The notes beneath the pieces were generated by a model. It was not told the origin of the DNA, did no database searches, and saw only the letters and a list, made by a program, of their open reading frames with translations. Below are positions 59,060 through 64,000 of a stretch of DNA of 64,000 bases, in pieces (within the stretch, counting starts at the first letter, position 1; every line of letters starts with the position of its first letter). The DNA is from Acidobacteriota bacterium. Lineage in GTDB: Bacteria > Acidobacteriota > Aminicenantia > UBA2199. The stretch covers positions 33,500 to 97,499 of the forward strand of contig JAKLEC010000001.1 in assembly GCA_022711715.1 (NCBI GenBank), in the 5' to 3' direction. A program made the translations under genes and the position numbers.

Positions 59060-60352
59060 ATGAATACGACGGGTGACCCTGCCAGCAAGATATCCACCAG
59101 GGAAAGGCTCTGGAACCAAAGCTTTTTCATCCTGTGGCAGGGCCAGCTGGTCTCGGCCTTCGGCGACGTCATCTATGCCATTGCCCTGGGCTTCTGGATC
59201 CTGGCCCAGACAGGCTCAACGGCGCTCATGGGCGCCTTGCTGGCGGCCGCTTCTTTGCCACGGGTGCTGGTTTCTCCCTTCGCCGGCGTGCTGATCGACC
59301 GCAGCGACCGCAAGCGCCTCCTGATCCTGACGGACACGATCCGGGGCATTGCCGTGGCCCTGGTCGGAGTGGCCGCGCTGCTGGGCTTCGCGCGAACGTG
59401 GATGCTGTTTGCGGCCGCCATCGTGATCGGCCTGGGGGGCGCGTTCTTCAATCCGGCCGTGGCTAGCGCACTTCCCGACATGGTCCGCCGCGACAGGCTC
59501 GTGCAGGCCAATTCGCTCTTTCACATGATCTATACCCTGTCGGGCCTGGCGGGCAACTCCGTTGGGGGCTTCCTGTTCAAGATTCTTGGGGCTCCGGTCA
59601 TGTTCTTCATCAACGGGCTCTCCTATCTTTTTTCGGCCCTGGTCATCCCGTTCATAAGGATCCCTAGGGTCGAGGCGCGGGTGGAGCGTTCCCCTTTCCT
59701 TTCCGACCTGAAGGAAGGCTTCGCCTTTATCTGGCGCTTCATCGGCCTGCGCCACCTGCTGGCGTTCGCCGCCATCATGAATTTCTTCGCTTCCATGGGC
59801 GTCATGCTGATCCTGCCGCTCTTCGAGCACCAGCGCCACCTGGGCCCCGTCCTCTACGGCCTGGTCATGGCCTGCTTCACCGGCGGTCTCCTGGCCGGCC
59901 TGCTCTTTTCGTCCATCGTGCGCATCCGGCCCGCCAGCCGCTTCAGGCTCTTCGCCGCTTGCGGCTTGATCTCCTCGCTCAGCATGATCCTCTTTCCCCT
60001 TTCCCTGCACTTCCCGTTGATGGCGCTGCTGGCCTTCGCGGGCGGGGCGGCTTCAGCGCTCCTCAACATGTTCATGACCAGCGTCATCCAGCTCACCGTG
60101 ACCCAAGAGATGCGCGGCAAGGTGTTCGGCATCCTGGGCGGCATCAGCACGGGCCTCATGCCCCTGGCCCTGGTCACGGGCGGCGTGCTGGCTGAGTTCA
60201 TCCCTATCCGCATCCTGATCTCGGCCAGCTTCGCGTTCACGATCCTGCTGTACTTGCCCCTTTTCGCAAGCGCCGCCTTCCGCCGCACCATCACCTTCGA
60301 TCCTGACACCCAGGCCGCGGCAGACCTCATCGCCTTCGGTGCGAAAACCTGA
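59060..60352 (+). CDS. MFS transporter
   Basis: 430 aa, 12 TM. DRSDRKR motif A-like loop between TM2-3. Confidence 0.8.
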   Translation: MNTTGDPASKISTRERLWNQSFFILWQGQLVSAFGDVIYAIALGFWILAQTGSTALMGALLAAASLPRVLVSPFAGVLIDRSDRKRLLILTDTIRGIAVALVGVAALLGFARTWMLFAAAIVIGLGGAFFNPAVASALPDMVRRDRLVQANSLFHMIYTLSGLAGNSVGGFLFKILGAPVMFFINGLSYLFSALVIPFIRIPRVEARVERSPFLSDLKEGFAFIWRFIGLRHLLAFAAIMNFFASMGVMLILPLFEHQRHLGPVLYGLVMACFTGGLLAGLLFSSIVRIRPASRFRLFAACGLISSLSMILFPLSLHFPLMALLAFAGGAASALLNMFMTSVIQLTVTQEMRGKVFGILGGISTGLMPLALVTGGVLAEFIPIRILISASFAFTILLYLPLFASAAFRRTITFDPDTQAAADLIAFGAKT

Positions 60353-60354
60353 TC

Positions 60355-60990
60355 GTCAACACTGAAGAATCGCCCAATAATACAAGAAACTCAACGAACT
60401 CTGCGTGTTAGTGTTCGTGTTCGTGTTAGCAACAGCATGAGCCGACCTATTGCCGTTCTGAATCACGAATTACGAATCACGACAGATTCTTTTTTCCTTG
60501 TCAGTGCCAGCAAGAACGCTCAGCCCCTGACTAGAAATCTTGAGCACCCAAGCGAATTGGCTCTTGTTACGTCGAACCTCGAACGTTGAACCTTACAGTT
60601 CTTATAGGTTTTTCCCCGCCCTATGCCGCCAAGTGCCTTTCAACGTGGCACGTGGTACATGGTACGTGGCACCTTGAAAGTCCGGCGTACTTTTAGTTGC
60701 TGAATAGCATGGAGTACTACTTCTCTGCCTCTGCGCCCTGTGCCGCCGAGTGCCCTTCAACGTGGCACGTGGTACATGGGATGCCACTCGGGAGGAACCC
60801 TCGGGGACGCCGCCCCTGTCGGGGTCGGCAGCGTGGTACCTAGATGGACCGTCGTACTTCTAGTTGCTGAATAGCATGGAGTACTACTTCTCCGCCCCTG
60901 CGCCCTACACCAGGCGCCGAGTTCTATCGCTGTTCCTCGTCACTTGGCACTCGTCACTCAGCCTTTGAGCTCCTGGAAGGACCCCCCAGA
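60355..60990. repeat. Composite repeat cluster: GTGTTAG/ATTCGTR modules, partial reverse family-A element, isolated family-A central hairpin, and ~170-bp tandem duplication
   Basis: 60670-60790 duplicated at 60845-60920 (GTACTTTTAGTTGCTGAATAGCATGGAGTACTACTTCTC...). 60795-60840 carries the GGGGACGCCGCCCCTGTCGGGGTCGGCAGCG hairpin. Confidence 0.8.
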
Positions 60991-60993
60991 GAT

Positions 60994-61551
60994 TCATCGT
61001 ATGCGGTATTGCCGGATGCCCTGCAAATCAATGCTTTTTAATGCCCGCTTTTCCACCAGCGCATCCAACGCTTTCTGCAGGCTGGATCGATCTTCATTGG
61101 GGCGCAACTGAACCAGCTCATAGATCGATAACTCTTCTTTTTGCAAGGCGATGAATGCCGCGATCACCGCTTTCTCCAAGGGAGTAAACGTGGCGCGAAG
61201 ATTCTTCAGGCGGACATGAACGCGGCGCGAAAACTGCCGCTTCCAGCTGGTTTCCAAGCGCTGCAGTTCCCGGACCCTTTCCTCCCTGATCTCTTCGATC
61301 TCAACGGACACGTAGCCATGAATGATTTCGTTGTCAATGACCGTGTGCTTTTTGAAGTAGGTTCCGCATTCAGGGCAGCGTAAAAGAGTATAGTGGGCGA
61401 TCGAGCTCAACAGCACGGGGAACCGGGCAAGTTCCTCAGGAATGATCTGGCCGCGACTGAGGTACACCGAAAGGCCGCAACCGATCCTCTTGCAGAAAGC
61501 GCATTTCGTTTTCCCGCCTTTTTCCACGCAGCGTTCATTCCTAGTTTTCAT
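60994..61551 (-). CDS. Hypothetical protein with N-terminal CxxC...CxxC zinc ribbon and possible C-terminal winged helix (low-GC islet gene 2)
   Basis: CAFCKRIGC...CPECGTYF. Local GC ~50% vs ~68% genome. 11-bp overlap with upstream gene. Confidence 0.5.
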   Translation of the reverse strand: MKTRNERCVEKGGKTKCAFCKRIGCGLSVYLSRGQIIPEELARFPVLLSSIAHYTLLRCPECGTYFKKHTVIDNEIIHGYVSVEIEEIREERVRELQRLETSWKRQFSRRVHVRLKNLRATFTPLEKAVIAAFIALQKEELSIYELVQLRPNEDRSSLQKALDALVEKRALKSIDLQGIRQYRIR

Positions 61552-61852
61552 CGCTGATCGTTCCCGCCATCGGCAGCGTCAACAGGGCATCAATTTCCCG
61601 CTGGATGAGCGCCCAATCCACGATGAACAGGCTCTTATCCTTGACTTGCGCCTCAAGCCGGGGAAAAAGCTCGGCAAGAAAAGGAGAATCATGCAAAAGC
61701 CGCTCGATGTTGTCGCAGGATTCTTCCTGCATCCGCCGGGCGTCGTCGCGGTACCCGTGGTCTTCCGCGTCGTTGGCGCTGCCAATCCGCCCAAGAAAGC
61801 AGCTCAGGAAAACCAGGGCGGTTCGTTGTTGATCGGTCAGTTCCCTCAACAT
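61541..61852 (-). CDS. Hypothetical protein (low-GC islet gene 1)
   Basis: 103 aa, no family recognised. Codon usage atypical for this genome. Confidence 0.45.
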   Translation of the reverse strand: MLRELTDQQRTALVFLSCFLGRIGSANDAEDHGYRDDARRMQEESCDNIERLLHDSPFLAELFPRLEAQVKDKSLFIVDWALIQREIDALLTLPMAGTISDEN

Positions 61853-62104
61853 ACCTGGATTCTATCTGGAGAAGGACTTGTTATCAAGTGACTTCGGGGG
61901 CTCCAGATTCCATGCAAATAGGCAAAATTGAGCCGCCGGGGACAGGCCCGAAAAATAGAAATTGACAATTCGATTCTTCGGGAAGGGTTTCGGGATTAGG
62001 CCTCTAGACCTTGATGGACGGTGGTTGAATTTGCTGCATTAACGAAAACGAACCCGATCGGAGACAAGGGTTTTTTCACTTTTGCCTTTTTCCTTTTCGT
62101 CCCT

Positions 62105-63202
62105 TCAGCCATTGAGCTCCTGCAGGTAGGCATTCAGGTTCTTGCGCCGCTCGCTGGCGGGCCGGACGCTGGCGCTGCCGCGCTGCAGGGCGAATTCCAC
62201 CAGGGTGAAGAGCACCTCTTCGTAGGAGATGCCGGCGCGGGCGGCGGAGCGGATGAAGCCCGACTCGGGCGAGATGTCGGGGTTGGGGTTGACGTCGATG
62301 ACGAACGGCACGTCGCGCTTGCTGAGACGGAAGTCGACGCGGGCGTAGTCGCGGCAATCGAGGGCGCTGAAGGCGGCCAGCGCCTTGCCCTCGATCTGCG
62401 CCCGCAGTTCCTCATCCACTTCCGCCGGGCAGACCGGCACCGTCCCCCGGTAGTAGGCGCTGCTGGGCGCCCACTTGGCCTCGTAGGTGACGATGCGCGG
62501 CATTCCTTCAGGCAAAGAGTAGGTGATCTCCGACAGCGGCAGCACGCGGTCGCCCAGAACGGCGGCGCTGATCTCGCGCCCGGGCAGGCACTCCTCGACC
62601 AGCACGTCCTGGCGGAAGGTGCGGAAGAGGAAGTCGAGCTGCGCCTGCAGGGCGGCAAAATCGCTGACCACCGAGTTCTCGGATATGCCGATGCTGGCGT
62701 CCTCCTTGTTCAGCTTCAGGATCAGGGGGTACTTCAGCTTGACGTCGCTTTCGGCCTGTTTGCGCCTGCAGCGCGCCAAAAAGTGCCGGGGGGTGCGCAC
62801 GCCGAGCGAGCGCAGGATCTGCTTGGTCTTGAGCTTGTCCAGGCAGTTGCCCAGGGTCAACGCCTTGTTGCCGGTGAACTCGATGTCGAGGATCTCGAAG
62901 GCACCGGCGATGTGCCCCTCGAAGTTGACGTCGCCCTCCAGCGCCTCCACGAAATTGAGGATGACGTCGGGCTCCAGCTGCAGGATGCGCCGCAGCGCCC
63001 GCGCGAAGTTGCGGCTGAAGGGCAGGCACTCGACCTGCTGGAAGCGCTGCTGCAGGATTCTCTGGATCTCGCCGACCTGGGCGGTCAGCCCCGGATCGGA
63101 GGAGTCCTCTGCCGCTGTGCCCCCGGGAGCCGTCTTGCCGGAGTAGTTCTCGTAGATTCCTACGGGCTCGTTGTAGCAGATCAGGATTTTTTCCGGCCGC
63201 AT
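62105..63202 (-). CDS. ATP-grasp protein, D-alanine--D-alanine ligase-like
   Basis: Ddl-like central and C-terminal motifs (VLVEECLPGREISAAVLG, DYARVDFRL, FVIDVNPNPD). Confidence 0.65.
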   Translation of the reverse strand: MRPEKILICYNEPVGIYENYSGKTAPGGTAAEDSSDPGLTAQVGEIQRILQQRFQQVECLPFSRNFARALRRILQLEPDVILNFVEALEGDVNFEGHIAGAFEILDIEFTGNKALTLGNCLDKLKTKQILRSLGVRTPRHFLARCRRKQAESDVKLKYPLILKLNKEDASIGISENSVVSDFAALQAQLDFLFRTFRQDVLVEECLPGREISAAVLGDRVLPLSEITYSLPEGMPRIVTYEAKWAPSSAYYRGTVPVCPAEVDEELRAQIEGKALAAFSALDCRDYARVDFRLSKRDVPFVIDVNPNPDISPESGFIRSAARAGISYEEVLFTLVEFALQRGSASVRPASERRKNLNAYLQELNG

Positions 63203-63241
63203 TTTCTCATCTTAGCAGGACAGGGGAAAAAGCGCCAGCGC

Positions 63242-63994
63242 TCAGAAGCCGTACGCCAGGCCGACAGCGAAGTAGTGGATCCAGGCGAAGTTGTAGGTTT
63301 CGTCGACGTCGGCGCCGCCCTCGACGAAGCGGTAGCCGAAGCGCAGCTGTGCCCGCGGCGAGAGGCGCCAGTTCAGCGCCAGCAGTACGTCCTCGGCGCG
63401 GCCCTGCTTGGCGGCGGCGGCGTCGGCTTCCAGCAACAGCCCCAGCTTGCTGTTCCAGTCCCAGGCCAGGCGCAGGTGCAGCAGCGGCACGAAGCCGACA
63501 TTGGCCTTGCTGGCCGAGAGCCCCGGCGCGCTCAGGGCAATCTCGGCATCGCGTATTTTTGCGGTGAAGCCGATGTCCAGGCGCAGCCGCGATCGATCCA
63601 CCAGGCGATAGCGGTAGGTGAGGCGGTAGGAGTTGAAGGTGAAGATGCCGTCAGCGTCGCTGTCCTGTGGGAACAGGACATCCATGAAGCGGACCGCGGC
63701 AGGCAGCCGGCCCGACGCCTTCAGGGTGAGCGGCGCGTAAAGCAGGGAGAGTTCGTGGCGCCGCGACAGGGCGTAGGAGAGGCGGAGACGGTAATAGGCC
63801 TTGGCCGCAATGTCCAGGTCCTCGGAAAGCGAGAACAGGTTGCCGCTGGCATTGGGGATGCGGACGTCGTTGTAGCCCGAGAACACCGCGCCCCCCTCTA
63901 ATTCGGCTGTCCAGCGCTTACCGCCATTGCCCTGCGCATGAACAGCCGTGACGAAGGCCAATATGGTAACAAGGAGAATAAGCGTTTTTTTCAT
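63242..63994 (-). CDS. Outer-membrane beta-barrel protein, hypothetical
   Basis: Signal peptide MKKTLILLVTILAFVTAVHA. Alternating strands. C-terminal FAVGLAYGF. Confidence 0.55.
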   Translation of the reverse strand: MKKTLILLVTILAFVTAVHAQGNGGKRWTAELEGGAVFSGYNDVRIPNASGNLFSLSEDLDIAAKAYYRLRLSYALSRRHELSLLYAPLTLKASGRLPAAVRFMDVLFPQDSDADGIFTFNSYRLTYRYRLVDRSRLRLDIGFTAKIRDAEIALSAPGLSASKANVGFVPLLHLRLAWDWNSKLGLLLEADAAAAKQGRAEDVLLALNWRLSPRAQLRFGYRFVEGGADVDETYNFAWIHYFAVGLAYGF

Positions 63995-64000
63995 GAGTTC

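Overview
High-GC (~68%) Gram-negative chromosome segment, deltaproteobacterial/Desulfobacterota-like on gene content: TonB-ExbBD, LptB, outer-membrane barrels, RpoN, HprK. Positions 1-11640 form one minus-strand cluster of 19 features that looks like a sigma-54-controlled metallocofactor/Fe-S/persulfide trafficking module of unknown function. It holds 4 MTH1175/NifX-like proteins, 2 MinD-type ATPases with ferredoxin inserts, Mrp/ApbC, a DUF134 regulator, 2 DUF5320 proteins plus a truncated third, a CGGC protein, a peroxiredoxin, CoADR-rhodanese, TsaA, an FmdB zinc ribbon and a PAS-sigma54 activator. A candidate -24/-12 promoter and a 15-bp palindromic UAS lie inside it. No nitrogenase structural genes are present. 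The rest of the window encodes tonB-exbB-exbD; the canonical lptB-rpoN-hpf-hprK-EIIA(Man)-ptsH-ptsI operon; plsC plus a DAG-kinase-like gene; a second near-identical peroxiredoxin behind a Fur/PerR-like regulator; two MORN-repeat lipoproteins; a DUF438/hemerythrin/PAS-DUF1858 pair; a DUF2089 trio; ubiE; lctP; typA; a GH38 alpha-mannosidase with a Fry-like fructose-family PTS (IIC, IIB, HPr-EI-IIA); two DUF4230 proteins; an MFS transporter; a ~0.9-kb low-GC two-gene islet; a Ddl-like ATP-grasp protein; and an OMP. At least 13 intergenic regions of 0.2-0.7 kb are composite mosaics of recurring repeat modules: heptamer/hexamer microsatellites, a ~150-bp GC-rich hairpin family, GA/CT-rich inverted repeats, and a 3x ~108-bp tandem array. 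A REP-associated tyrosine transposase (RAYT) flanked by two AT-rich palindromic hairpins is also present. The long all-antisense ORFs in the supplied track are high-GC shadows and are not called.
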